Shown: one piece after another, positions 24,084 to 36,486 of the stretch
Position numbering within the stretch: the first letter of the stretch is position 1
How the letters are laid out: every line of letters starts with the position of its first letter
Origin: Sphacelaria rigidula
Lineage: Eukaryota
Length of the DNA: 36,493 bases
NCBI GenBank assembly: GCA_964200075.2
Contig: CAXNAA020000017.1
Location: 1 to 36,493 of the forward strand
Direction: 5' to 3'
The notes under the pieces: model-generated
Database searches by the model: none
What the model was told of the DNA's origin: nothing
The model's input: only the letters and a program-made list of their open reading frames with translations
Translations under genes and position numbers: made by a program

Positions 24084-25252
24084 CAGTTTATTATTATTAT
24101 TATTTTTTCCGCACATTAGTCCGATCTCGCGAACCCGTGGTCACAGACGGCAGTAGTAGTGGTATAATAGTGTACTTTCATGAAATCCGACAGGATTCGT
24201 CAGAACGAACGGCAAACGTGGCGTAGTGTTGGCAGAGAGATGGCGGCCACGAGACTAATCGTGTACAGTTACGTAGCATTCGTTCAGCACTTGTATGCGA
24301 CATTCTAGATTGCCGTCGTGGGCGTCTCTCTGTGCTGATATGCTGCAGGGTCTTGGAGCGAATATCGCGTTACGGCAATGAATGAAGCGAGGATATAAAT
24401 GTCTGATCATCTCCAAGACAATCTGTACCAGCCTGGTTTGTGCACGGCCATCCGCTGCGTCATGTGGAGGTTAAGCGACGCATCCAGCGTGCAACAATCT
24501 TTTCGTGAGATTGAGAGTAGAGAATACGATTGAGACTGAACAGCGGTCAATCAGTGAATTAATCGTTTGAGTTCCGAAATGCCCCTACACGAGGCCCGAT
24601 ATGCTTTCTGTAGTGTTGATAGCTTGCCACCAAGACCCTTGATACCGGTGAGTAGGGTATCGCCGTGTATAGCTGTAAGCACACGCCAGTGATGTAGTCA
24701 AAGAAAATCAAACACGGAATGGAAAATTGGTGATGTTGAAGCGGATGATCAAAGCCACTTTCGATCCGTGCTCTACTCTCGATCTCACCAAAACGTTGTC
24801 GTGCGAGGGTTGAATGGTACGCATTGTACGGATAGTCGTGTCCTTCCTTGTTCATGTTCATCACTCACACATTTGCATCCGAAAGTACCGGAAACACACC
24901 CAGGTGTGTGACAAACCTACACTTGCTTGAATGAAACGCCCTTCAACCATTATTGCTGGTCGCAAAGTCCACCATGATGAAGATACGTTGCACCCGCGGC
25001 TCCGGCCGAGAACGATGACGCTTTTTCCCGTTTCTTGACGGCTTGATTGTATGGTCTTGACTCTATAGTTCTACCTTCGCAAAAACCTCGTAGCAATACC
25101 CAAGGGTAAAAACAAAAATCGCCCAGGACCGCAACATAATTTTCTTATTTCCGGCGCTCCAGGGGGTATACTGAATCCTATATATAGCTAAGCCCAGACT
25201 GATTCCTACATAAAACGAGTTTCTTGATACTGGAGTGTTGATAGCGACTTTC

Positions 25253-25560
25253 TTGAACTGAGTGTAGGTGAATCGAGTCACTTGAGTTTAGACAGGTACG
25301 TTATTTCAACTGAGTATAGGTGAACCGCGGCATTTGATTTTAGATTACCTGAGGCAAGTTGAACTGAGTATAGATCAACGGAGTTGCTTGATTTTAGAAC
25401 GAGGAAATTTGCTTGAACTAAGTATAGGTAACAAGTTAACTTGATTTGAAAATAAGGTAGGTTACTTGAACTGAGAGTAGGTAAACCAAATCACTTGATT
25501 TTAGAAGAACTTAAGCGAGTTACTTGGACTGAGTATAGATGAACGAACCAAGTCACTTCA
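25253..25560. repeat. Degenerate tandem array, ~6 units of 52-58 bp with two-part internal structure
   Basis: Units start at 25253, 25305, 25359, 25413, 25466, 25524. Consensus TTGAACTGAGTATAGGTGAAC-N7-CTTGATTTTAGA-N12-18. Confidence 0.9.
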
Positions 25561-26127
25561 TATCGCTCAAGGTACCGAATTCTTGTCAATTGAATAACTC
25601 TTGTCTGTTACTGTGTAGTGTAAATGCACTCAGTTCCTTCGCTTGGACCACTACACAGAGCCATATACTACCACCATTGTTGTACGATAGACGTACCTTC
25701 AATAATTATTGTCAGGACAGAAGGACCAACTCAACAAGCAAGTGTGAAAAAAGTGAACAAGTGTGTATGCCATGTATGTGATGTTTACAGCGCGCGGAGA
25801 ACGGGGCAGAAGTGTATTTCCGGAGGATCACTTTGATTACTCTCAACTTCGACGATTTCCTGGAGCGTCTCTGTGCACACGCCCAGACCTGCTGCCTTCG
25901 CCAGTCTTGTCTAAGAGTGACGAAGAGGTGAGGAATTCCGGCGAGTCATGATCTTCAATATTCCGAGCCCAATCTGTCGGTGACAGGTCTGAGAAGGCCG
26001 AACGTCGACGAAGGGCATTTTATAGAACATGAATCTTCTTGCTTTTTAGTACTTCACAACGCTTTACACAACAGTAGTAAGTTGTAGTGAACATTGCCAC
26101 ACCCAGAAGTGCATTCGTGCATAGTCG

Positions 26128-29100
26128 ATGGCGGACGCCAACGCGAACGCTTCAGCCTCAGAAGATGCCAAGTGTAGGAAAGAAGACCAGCAGGAGGGGG
26201 GAACGGAGATCGAAGAACAACAGGAAGCAGTAGCATCATCGGACGAGGTCGCTTCGAGCATGTCTAGTGAGGAGTCGGATGATGAGGTGTCTCTACTTGA
26301 GGTGGACGAGAGCAGCCTGGCAACGGCCATGGAGAATGCTGGCATCTCCATCAAGGTGTGCAATGTAGGCCCTTTGTGTCCAGAGTATACTGACGACTTG
26401 TGCATGTGTTTTGGAGACCATATTGGAATCATAATCGTATGTTTGTAGAAATGAAGTGATCGCAGAAGTTGTTGACTTCGGCGCAGGAAGCTTTGTTCCG
26501 ACACCTCTTCGACATCTAAGTAGAAGACCCTGTAGTATGTCAAGGACAGGATACAGACAGTACAAGGGTCGCCCGGGTGGCTCAGTTGGTAACCTCGACT
26601 CGATTCAACGGTTGGGTCGTGGGTTCAACTCTCGGAGCGATCTGGGATTTTTCGCACACCATGCCCAAGAGTGAAAAGCGACTGTGTCGTAGGTACATAA
26701 AAGTCGACTCAACGGTAAAAAAGGAAGGCAAGCACCGTAGAAGGACGGTGGAGTACTGAAAAAAAAAGAACTGTGTTGACCTTCCTCCCGTGTGTCCCCG
26801 GCTGGTGCGCCCACATATACCGAAAGGTGTAGACCGGCGATCAGGACAGATGGGACGACAACACAACACACACGCACACACAGGAGCAGGCGATACAGCC
26901 GCAGTGCCTGCTCCAATTGCTTTTGTGAAACCATCCCTTCCTTGTGGCGCTATATGTGTGCTGTTAATCAGGAGGTTGATGCAGAGAGCGGTGCTTTTGA
27001 AGTGGTGGTCTTGAGCGAAGATGTGAGTACATTTCTTATCTTAGCTCCTGAGGGCGAGTATCTTGGGGCCAAGGTCCAAGGATTCATCCCGAGAGAAGAC
27101 GGGGGATTGAGCGCACTGGAAATGCATGGGCAGGTGGGCTTTGGCGGGGGGGGGGGGGATTCATGAGGCTGTCGATTGATTGTGTTCTGAAAACACTCCT
27201 GTGTTTCCGTGGAGCGATAGTACCGTCTGTAAAGCTCATCTGCGAATGATGTGAATGGTGAAGGGCTTCCTCTTGTCGAAGATGATCACCCCCTTTTTTT
27301 TTAATAAATCACTTTTGGAAAAAAACACCTGTGATTGGGCGCTGCGATACCACCCCCACCCCCCCCCCCCCCCCCCCCCCACCCACACGGCCACCCAAAC
27401 ACCCACCAACACACGCNNNNNNNNNNTTTTTGAAGTTTTTCCCCCCCTTTTTTTTTAAAAAAACCCTTTTGGAAAAAAACCCCTTTGGGTGGGGGCCGCC
27501 ATCCCCCCCCCCCCCCCCCCCCCCCTCCCCATGAAAAAAAAGTGCCTCAAAATCACTGATGCGAATGTGATTTCCAGGAAATGAAACAACAGCTCTTGAA
27601 ATCATTTTTGTTGAAGTGATTTTGTGTACACCTCGAGCGGAAACATGAATGTCATATCGACGACGGCACATGCAAAGGCTGGACGCACAACCCAACACGA
27701 TCAAACGTGAAATTGAGGAACGCATTGCCTCCGCACACCAGAAACACCAAGCTTGAGCCGTAGCTGCTCATAAGCTGAGCATTTTGTGCCTGACCTTGCT
27801 GAAATCCGTTGAGGATTCAACGAGAAATGATGATCTGTGTGAAACGCGCGCACAGCGCACGCACACAGTGGGTCAGCGATGGCACGTTTTCCGTTGTAAC
27901 TTGACCCTGACGCAGCTACCGTTCCTCGATACAGAACGGATTTCCGTCAAACAAAGGCTGCTGTGTGTGGATGGACATGAGCTACCGCTAGAGCTAATGC
28001 GCGTGAGTGTTGTTTATCCATGCGTGATTTTTGTGTTACCTTGTTTTAACCCGTCTGAAGCAGTACAGGGATGTTGGACTGACAACCACTGCCAGAACCA
28101 CCGCATATCTGATACTCTGCAGATCTTAGCTTCGATCTGGACAGAAAATGCTTCTCTATAAGACTCAAACTGGTCGTTGTGGGGGCAATCATTGTTTAAC
28201 AATGTTTTTTTTCAAGGTGATGATCATCTTCGAGAAGAACTCGCCTGTAAGAACTGTAATACGACGTCGGTGCGATATCATCTTATCTGTACTTTGTCGA
28301 TGGATGAGTACAGTACAGAGAGAAAAGGCTCGTATTTCTTGAGGCCCAGCCTCTGAAACAACATGAATCAATGAATGAAAAACTCCCGTGTTGATCCCAC
28401 TACTGTGTGAACCCGGCTGTTGCGCCCACATATACCGAAGAGTGTACACTGGCGTCCAGAATAGATGGGATTGCAACACACACTCGCACACACAACATTC
28501 CGATAACTATGCTGCTGACTTGAGAACTTGCGGCGTTTTCTCTGTTTTTCGTTGCGGGGAATAAAAAGCCGACTGATTTTGTCACATGATGGTGTGGACC
28601 CACCTGCTATACTCCGCATTCCATCTCCAGCGTTAGTCACAACTCACAACAGAAGTAACCCAAGCATCCGGAGTATAGATCATGAGCACGCCCCATCCCC
28701 CCCCCCCAAACAGCAAGATCACCATCTACAGTGCGTAGCAGTCGTGTGTGCGCAGTATTGGGGTCGTGCACGTCTAAATACATGAGACCAGGAGTAGTGT
28801 TGAATTCCGGGGGAGGGCAAAACGTTAGCGTGTTCCTTCCCTTCAACGTCAACGCTTCGACCGCCAGCAGGGCGGGTCATCCGTTTATGTTGAAGGTATG
28901 ACTTCCACTCGAAGAATACGCTGGATCCGCATGAGTCACCTTGGCAACGAAAATTGTCAAGCATTGGAGGAACGTGACACGATTTCCCCTTAAAAAATCA
29001 ACTCCTTACTCTAACTGCACTGTGCTGTCATCTTCCATGCATCTTGTATGAAGGAACAAATTATAGACAACCGAATCCAACCTGCATCTACGAGTAAGTT

Positions 29101-32100
29101 GATCCTGTTGACAGTCGTATGTCACACCAGCGTTCCGCACGAAATGATAGGTAGACGGTAAGATGGTGTTATTGCGATCGCCTCTGACGCGGAGCAGAAC
29201 TACGGACCTTCGTATGCAAACACTTCAAAAAATCATCCCCATGTCCTGTTGTCTGAGTTCAACCTCGACAAGGATGAATTGCCTATATTGATATAGATGT
29301 CGTCATTCACCCATAGATGTGGAACTGTTTGACACCTGAGCACACTGCAATGATCCTTGTGAAACATATTTTCAATGGCTGCTGGTCTGCGATAGTGTCA
29401 TGGCACTCTACTGGCTGCCCCCCTCCCCCTCCCCATGTTCACATCCACGGTAAGTTATCTGGGCATTGTTTCCTAAACTTCATGTACGTCTCCTCCATTG
29501 CACTCTCCGCGTGCTCACAATAATGCCGTATATCCAGCTTGTCGAGGGCGACGTGCTCACCCACCTCAACGGTCAAAACGCCCGCGAGATGAACTTTTCG
29601 GACGTACTCAAGGCCTGCAGAAGCCCTGAGCGCGGGGGGCTGCCTCGACCCCTGACTATGAGATTTGCCAGGTGAGGAATGATGGAGGTTTGGGGCCTGA
29701 TAACACACGTGGTAATTGAAAATATTCCAAAATGTTGCCCACTACTGAACTGTTTTTCACTTTTCGGGTTGAACCTTGTGGTGATTCTTGGTAGCAGATG
29801 GCACCTACACAAGGAAGGCCGTAGCTACGCATATACCGCGCGTCATCGCGTCCGTGTATTACCCACGACCAGCAGCATGTTTCCGTCTCTGTACAGTAAA
29901 GCAGTAGCGGTGACCGCGCCAACAGTACATTCGGTCATGCGTGTCAGAAAATGTCACCTCACACAACAGAACCGTGCATGGAAGAAAAATGTGTTCACTT
30001 TCCACCCCAAATCATATAAAAAAAATGCTGCACGCCCATTGGCTGAAAAAGGCGAGTTTCACATCGCCCCTGCTGAGTGCTGATGTCCATTCTCCGTCCA
30101 TCTTCGCTCACAGGGCCACCCCCCAAAATCCCAGATGAGACTGTCAGCGGATGAAATATCGGAACAGAAACCACGGGTGTTCACAGCGTCAATAGCTTCC
30201 CACAGGCACCGCTGACACCCCACCACACCGCGCTGTACCGTTCCGCAGGGTGGGTTCGCTCCTACCACTGTCCCCCTCTCTACCAGGATCAGCCGCAACA
30301 AGAGCCGCCGCTGTTGACAGCGGTGGGGCGGGTGAAAACGATGACGAGAAATCAGACGAAGGAAACAGCAACGGCGGCGCAGGCGGTGCTTCGTCGCTTC
30401 TCGAGGATCTCATGGGGGGCCTAAGCTTGACAGGATTCGGAGCTTCTGAACCCAACGAGGCGGTGAGTGTGGAGAGAGTTGCGAGATTTTTTTTACATTT
30501 TGACGGCTTTGCAAGAGTCCTGTACCAACTACGGATATGCAACTTTGGAGCACTGTGGGAGGCGGTTCGGGAGCGTTCGTTGCTTTTCCCCGGAGTATCT
30601 GTTTTTTTTCGGCGCTGCACAGGCCATGGCTGCTTGGTTGTCCCATGTGTTTCACAGGACGCACTTTTTGTGTATCTAGAGTATAAAAATTGGCCACATC
30701 GGCGGTGAAACCTTTGACGCTACCAGCTGGTGGTGTTAGCTGTAGCTTTCCGCCCCCCTTTTTGCTTCTTGCGGAGGTAGAACCGCTTGCGCCCCTGCTA
30801 TCGAAGTCTGTGCTGACAAGTAATTATTGAAGCGATTGCCCCGTTCCATCCGCACCTGCTTGCTACTTTGAATCGGCTTCGGTCCGCCCTCCCTGGTCTT
30901 GTCTACGACAGGCTGCGCGCGAAGGCGGGGAAGCGAGACGACTACAAGTCCCGGGAATGGCTCACATCAAGGTATGCGTAGAGTCATGATCGAGGTAATT
31001 GGCCATAACTTACTCAGCTAAGGGAAAGTATTATATCACATCTTGACGCGGTCACGCTATGAAGATATTTCATGCACCTTCCCGTTGTTACCCCGACCGG
31101 TCTATTCGGCAGCGGTGAATCGAGTCTTCGGGGGGTACTCCCGGCGATACTTGTGTTCGATTACCTGCGCCGTGCTAAACTGCCGAGCGGCAAGAGTGAC
31201 GTGCCACACGACAAACGTATCCTTTGAGGTTATCAAAATCACCATGCCTCGACTGAGGGTAATATTTCGCGCGTTGGGACTGGCACAACGCGCACACACA
31301 CGTATAGCTGTGTGTGATGAGGAGTGTTCAGGCTATCACCATGTCCGTCGAAACACGGCGATCTCCACCGTTTACACGCAACCGCAATGATTATCGAACC
31401 AACACCCCCCACACGACGGAAAACACACAGGACGTATTTCGTACAGAGCTCCAGGCTCAGGGAATACTCGGCGTTCTGGAAGGCGGCGCGGGCGGCGACG
31501 AGAATGTAAGCGAACGCGCAGGCGCTGGTGACGGCGACGACCACCGCGGACTCGCTCGAACGCCTTCGGCTGGGGAAAGTCTTTTTCTGCACGTGCTCCG
31601 CAAACTGGAAAGTATTGACGTGCTCGGCGAGGGCGATGTGCCGGACGAGACCGCAGGCGATGATGCTAACGCTGTAGCCGACAACGGCGGCGCCGGCGCC
31701 GGCAGCGGCGGCTTAGCGATCGAGGGTGCTGACGCGTGTGATTCTAACGCGGTAGTGTCGGGCTTCAGCCCTCGAGCGGCCGGCGTCGGTTCATCGTTCG
31801 CAGGGGTTGGTGCAAAGCTCCGATCAAAGTTCCGAAAACCGAGTGCGTTTGGAATACCATCAATACCATCGACACCTCTCGGGCGAGGGGGGGTATGGGG
31901 TAGCTCTGGGTCAGGAGGCGTGGATGATGCTTCTGCGGGTGATACCACGACTTCTGCGACCGGAGCGGGGGGGAGCGCGGGAGTGGACGGGGGTGGAAAG
32001 GCGTTCGTTGAGGGGGCTTCGAAAGCGCTTGCCGTGAACAGGGACCGCGTGATGAGTTGGATGAAGGAGCGGCGACCCAAGGACCTGTCTCCCAGAGCGA

Positions 32101-35100
32101 CGTCGCGACGAGGTACGAGCTTTGGGTTGACCGTGGTGGGAACTGCCCGGTCGAGGAAAAAAAAAGAGACTGGAAGCTTCTTGGTACCGTTGTATGATGG
32201 AGCCATTACTCCAGGCATAAATCATGAACACGCTCTCTACCGTTTTTTTGCTGCTTCATTTGGTACCACCTCGCTGACTTGGGCAAGATTCTCATAAAAA
32301 ATAATGCGGCACCCGTTTGTAAACACACTCGCAACATACACAATCGTTGTTGTGTATCTCACTCGTTCAAACTGTTTGCACCGTTTCCCCGCACCTATCC
32401 TATCTTATCCTATCCCATATCACCCTATCCCGTCCCACCCCGTGCATGTGCAGCCGAAGAGGAATCCAAGCAGGAGTTTCGACGCGCGATGCGCCGCCTT
32501 TACCTCGATGCCCCCGATCCCGCCATCCACACATGCATGGTGGTCGCGCGGGCGAGAGAGCAGACGACGCCTACAGCTCTGGAAGCGCCAACCGGCGCGG
32601 CAGCGACGCCAACGGCAACCGCTACGGCGACGGCCCCCGCACTAAAGCCGGCGAGGTCGGAGGGAGCCCGCGTTATCGGAACGGGCGGCGACAGCAAGTT
32701 TGCGAAGGTGGGTATGAAAGTGACGGGTGTACAGTCGGGACATACTGAAGAAGAGGCCACCGCTCAGTCTTCACTGCGTTTTTCTGGCGTAGGCGAACAC
32801 TGTCATGAATCTCTGCACAAGAATATCAAAGTATTGAGGTGAATCCGTACTCGAGTTTCCAGAGGAAAACCCCTTCAGTCAGTGCTGCAAGAGCCTTCCA
32901 CCTCACGCGCGGGTACACCTGTTCTGGAGGAGTGCGTGCGCATCGCTCAGGGTGTCGGCGCCTGACCCCGGCTGCGAAGGTTCCCTTGCTATCCCGCTCA
33001 TCATCCTCCTATATCCAGCGCAAATCACTCGACTTTCCGCTCTGCCGACAGCACGCGGATTCGATTTTCACCCGTGGCCAATCGCCACCACCACCTGTCA
33101 GGCCGATTACCGTCTTGATTATTCGGAGGTTTTTGCTTCTTCTTTTTTTTCGACTGTCTGTGCAACAAATACAGCTATCGTGGTTCCGGTCATCCGACGG
33201 CGGGGGCTTCGCGGAAATCGAGGGCGTCGACGGGCCTTTTTACCAGCCCAGCGCCGACGATATCGGCACGCACATTTGCATCAAGTGCACGCTGACCGAG
33301 GCAGCTCTGTCGCCCGCCGTGGAGAAGGGAGGCCGTGGTAGATCGCGCGCTGCGAAAGGTGGAGAGGGAGAGCGCGGAGGGCGGGGCATGCCGCCCAGCC
33401 CGACCCGGCATCAGGTCCCAGAGGTGGCCTTTGCGGAGGTGAGCTAGACTTGACGCAGACACACGTCCAAGTATATACTGATTGTCCCTCTCACCTGTAC
33501 GTCATGTTTTCATCCCGTTTTTTTAGTGACCTACCTAGCTGCTTTGGAGTGCACGGTCATACGGCGAATGTTCTCCAGGAATCTGTGTGAAGTATTGTTC
33601 TCATCTGTCAGAAGTCATGAGAAGCCGGTTCTACCTTCTGCCTAGGGTAGCTCGTTCGTTGAGATGACACCCAAGCCTTCGAGGATGGATTTCAGGTCAG
33701 ACGAGGAAATCCGTCGATTCTCCAAAGAGTGGCTAGATCCCCCCACATGATGCACGAGTGGAAGGCTTGAATGAGCGGACGAACCAAGGATACTCGCAAG
33801 TCTAGCAGGTGATGCTGCACGACTCCGTTGTTCACCTTGTCGGGCTTTGTCTTGATGATTGATTTCCATGTAGATTTATTCACTATTGATTCCCATATTG
33901 TTCGCACCTTGTTGTTATACTGATTCGCGAGTGATGTCACGAACGCGCTGCCTACCCCACCGCCGCTAGGTCGGTCCAATTATACTCGCACCCGAGGTAG
34001 GAGCGGAAGTGGAACAGCTGCTGTCGGGAGACAACCCCGCCGTTTTCCGGGGGCTTGTACGAAGGGACACTCCGGGGGAGACAGTTCGCGTGCGCGTGGA
34101 GGTGTGGCCAACGGAGGTGAGATCCTTGTTGTGCTCGAAAATCTGGTGGGAAATTCTGCGTAAACTGGTGGTACTCTGAAACGCTAGCGCGTAGGGTGAG
34201 TTCTCTCCTCTTCAGCTGATTGCGTCAAGATACCGCGCGGGATATTTACCCAGGTTCCATGCTTCTTCGCAGATGCTACGACCCGGCGGTTCTATACCCC
34301 GATAATATAAATATGTCCAACCGGCCGATCAATACCCAACACCAACCAAATGAAAATCAGGTTCGTGTCTTGGCGGACCCTGCTGAGCTTGCCCCGAGGG
34401 GGGTAGACGAGGCGGCGACAGAGCAAATTACGGGAGCGATGCCAGCCGGAGGAGGAGGAGGAGTCGACCAGGAGACGAGCGCCGAAAATGCTGCAGGACG
34501 CGACAGTGCCAGCGCCGTTGTTGACATTGGCGAAGAAGGACTACCGTTAAAAGATGAGACAGCGGAAATAGCAGCAGCAGCTGTCGACGGATTCGTTGTG
34601 GTCGACGGGGAAGACGTGGTGGCAGGAGTGGTAGGGGGTCCTGGGGAGGAAGGAAACGCTGGCGAGGAAAAGGACGGCGTTTCCTGCGGCGATGATTGCG
34701 ACGAGGAGGCGAGGGTACTGGTCGGTGGGCGATATGAGTCTGGTGTACTGGTGGCGCTCGACCCGGCCCGGCCGGCTGTTCTGAAGCTCACGTTCGGGCA
34801 AGAAGGAGGAGGTGGTGGTGAGCAGCAAGGGCCGACTGCGATCGTGCTGCGGGCGACGGACAGGTGAATGTTTTCTCTTGCTTGTTGTTGGGGGTGGTAC
34901 CGGAGATGGTTAACGGGTAGAAGGCAGGGGAATCGACGTTGGCGGGAGAGGTGCCGTGCAGTCGTGTTGTTTTTCTCTCGTGTCGGTGGGGACTCTTTTT
35001 CGGTAGCCACGTGCGTGTATCAAGTGCTAGCGAACCACACGCAGATCCGCAAGGGTCGAGGTGTGGTTTGTCGTTGAATTTCTATTTGAGTGTGTCCCTC

Positions 35101-35897
35101 AATGAGCGTGTCCCCCTCACGGCGAGCGGGCGGGGGACGGGCGGGCGGGCGGTGCAAGTGTTTTCGCGTTGAAGGGCGTAGGTCGTGAGGCTGATTCGTG
35201 CACTCTTTCGCCCATGTCCTTGTAGTCTGTGTGAACCTCCACCCCTTGTTTGCCCCTGCGTGTGTGTCCTTCGGTGATTTGATGCGTATCCGGCTGTTGT
35301 GTCTTATCTAGCCGGCAACGTGACGTTGTAGCTCTGACGTTGAGACGCCGGCGGCAAGATGTCGTGGGTGCGGAGGTGGTGGTGGATGACTTCCCCGAGA
35401 GAACGGAAGCTCAGCAGGTGAGTACCGTTCTTTTCCCACGCTTTTTTTTCGGTGATTGGTGTTGCTGTTGCTGTCGGTGGTATTGGTCGTGACGGTTGAA
35501 GTAGGCGATATGAGCAAACACTTGCATCCATGTAGGATGCTTGGAGTAGCATTTTTCGTGATTTTTTTTCATCTGCCCTAAGCGTACCGTGTGATCGAAA
35601 ACCCATTTCAGCGGTACGTTTGCTGAACGCAGGGTGCTCTGTTGTGTGTGTGTACATACACGGCATATCGTGTGGAGTGGGACGCTAGTTCCTTGCGCCA
35701 TGCTATCTACTTGCCCCCGCACCCCAGACGCCACAACCCACACTTGACCGCCCTCCCGCGGCTCACCCGTGCTGCGCATGGGCTCGACTTCCATCATGTC
35801 CTCGTACCAGGAGAAAGAAAATTACCTGGAACTGAAGGCGGCCGCGGCGCACTTCGCAGCAGCCTTTGACGAAGACGCAATGGAAGAAGACGATGAG
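26128..35897 (+). CDS. Large multi-exon protein: acidic N-terminus, PDZ domain, AIR9/SCAB-like Ig domain and PH-like domain; 3' end beyond the window
   Basis: Twelve exons join in frame with GT-AG introns: 26128-26355, 26972-27133, 29538-29671, 30249-30462, 30912-30971, 31431-32112, 32454-32707, 33175-33438, 33970-34116, 34361-34863, 35312-35417, 35811-35897. PDZ-like: GAKVQGF...SALEMHGQ/LVEGDVLTHLNGQNAREMNFSDVL...RPLTMRFAR. Ig/A9-like: LSWFRS...EIEGVDGPFYQPSADDIGTHICIKC. Then VGPI...VEQLL and the PH-type terminal helix IVLRATDSRQRDVVALTLR. No stop reached. Confidence 0.85.
26566..26882 (+). mobile_element. tRNA-derived SINE in intron 1 of the PDZ gene
   Basis: Pol III A box TGGCTCAGTTGG (26578-26589) and B box GGTTCAACTC (26622-26631) at tRNA-like spacing, but no canonical anticodon arm. 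Followed by a ~240-bp body and a CA-rich tail. The 3' part recurs at 28377-28496. Confidence 0.8.
27417..27426. other. Assembly gap (10 N) with low-quality homopolymer flanks
   Basis: Run of n with poly-C/poly-T/poly-A smear from ~27290 to ~27545. Confidence 0.98.
28377..28496 (+). mobile_element. 5'-truncated copy of the SINE 3' end
   Basis: CCCGGCTGTTGCGCCCACATATACCGAAGAGTGTACACTGGCGTCCAGAATAGATGGGA...CACACACTCGCACACA aligns with CCCGGCTGGTGCGCCCACATATACCGAAAGGTGTAGACCGGCGATCAGGACAGATGGGA...CACACACGCACACA at ~26797-26880. Confidence 0.82.
32393..32440 (+). repeat. Degenerate (CCTAT)n microsatellite just upstream of a splice acceptor
   Basis: CCTATCCTATCTTATCCTATCCCATATCACCCTATCCCGTCCCACCC immediately before the acceptor at 32453. 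Confidence 0.7.
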
Positions 35898-36428
35898 GTC
35901 GGTCAAGGTTTGCTTTGTTGGTCACTTGATCTGTGGCAGTGGTTTTATCAGCCCCGCCCTCGCTCGCATGGACAGCTTCGTTGCGTACAGTAATACTGTT
36001 TGGTCTGTGGCTTTTCTCGTTTGTCGTGATAGTCGCCTCACACGTTGAAAGAGACGGAAGAATTCACACAACAAAAGACAGGGCCGTCCTCGGCTGCGGT
36101 GTTTGAATTTGGCGGTATCACTCCTGTTCACCGTGCGAGTTCCTGGTTAAGTGCGGTACAAGAACGTAAGGGGTGGTATTGTATTGTATTCACTCGGTCT
36201 CGCTCGGGACACGGCGTTCTGTTCTCCAAAACTGCGTTGCGGTATGGAACACGGGGCTGTACCAACACAGTACCTACCGCAGTGAATTTTAATGATAGCG
36301 GCTACAGAGGTAATTGCAGTTACCGGCATGCCATACAAGTGACCGCTGTAAGTGCTTTGGGGGTGCACCGGCTGTATAGTCTATTATTGAGGCCAACTAC
36401 AGAGACGGAAAATGGCCCTCGATGCGAG

Positions 36429-36486
36429 AGTGTATAAGCCGTGGCTGTCTCTGGAAGTGGCGATGCCACACAATGAAGCAACTCAT
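36429..36486 (+). repeat. Dispersed repeat copy (matches 9348-9405), probably continues beyond the window
   Basis: 50/58 identity to 9348-9405, with the first 17 bp identical. Confidence 0.85.

Noticed and set aside
25253..25560. CRISPR array
   Set aside because: Repeats are degenerate, the intervening blocks are short and related to one another, no cas genes, eukaryotic context.
26566..26642. Functional tRNA gene
   Set aside because: A/B boxes present but no proper anticodon stem-loop or T-run terminator, and it continues into a repeated body; treated as a SINE head.
27023..27044. GTGAGT...TTAG mini-intron inside PDZ exon 2
   Set aside because: Only 22 nt, and removing it would break the frame of the PDZ domain.
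27271..28240. ~17-19 bp inverted match (TCTTGTCGAAGATGATCA / TGATCATCTTCGAGAAGA) as possible TIRs
   Set aside because: Does not extend, has no TSD, and one arm abuts low-quality gap sequence.
31457..35010. Minus-strand ORFs of 253 aa and 217 aa
   Set aside because: Antisense shadows of the large GC-rich exons of the PDZ-Ig-PH gene.
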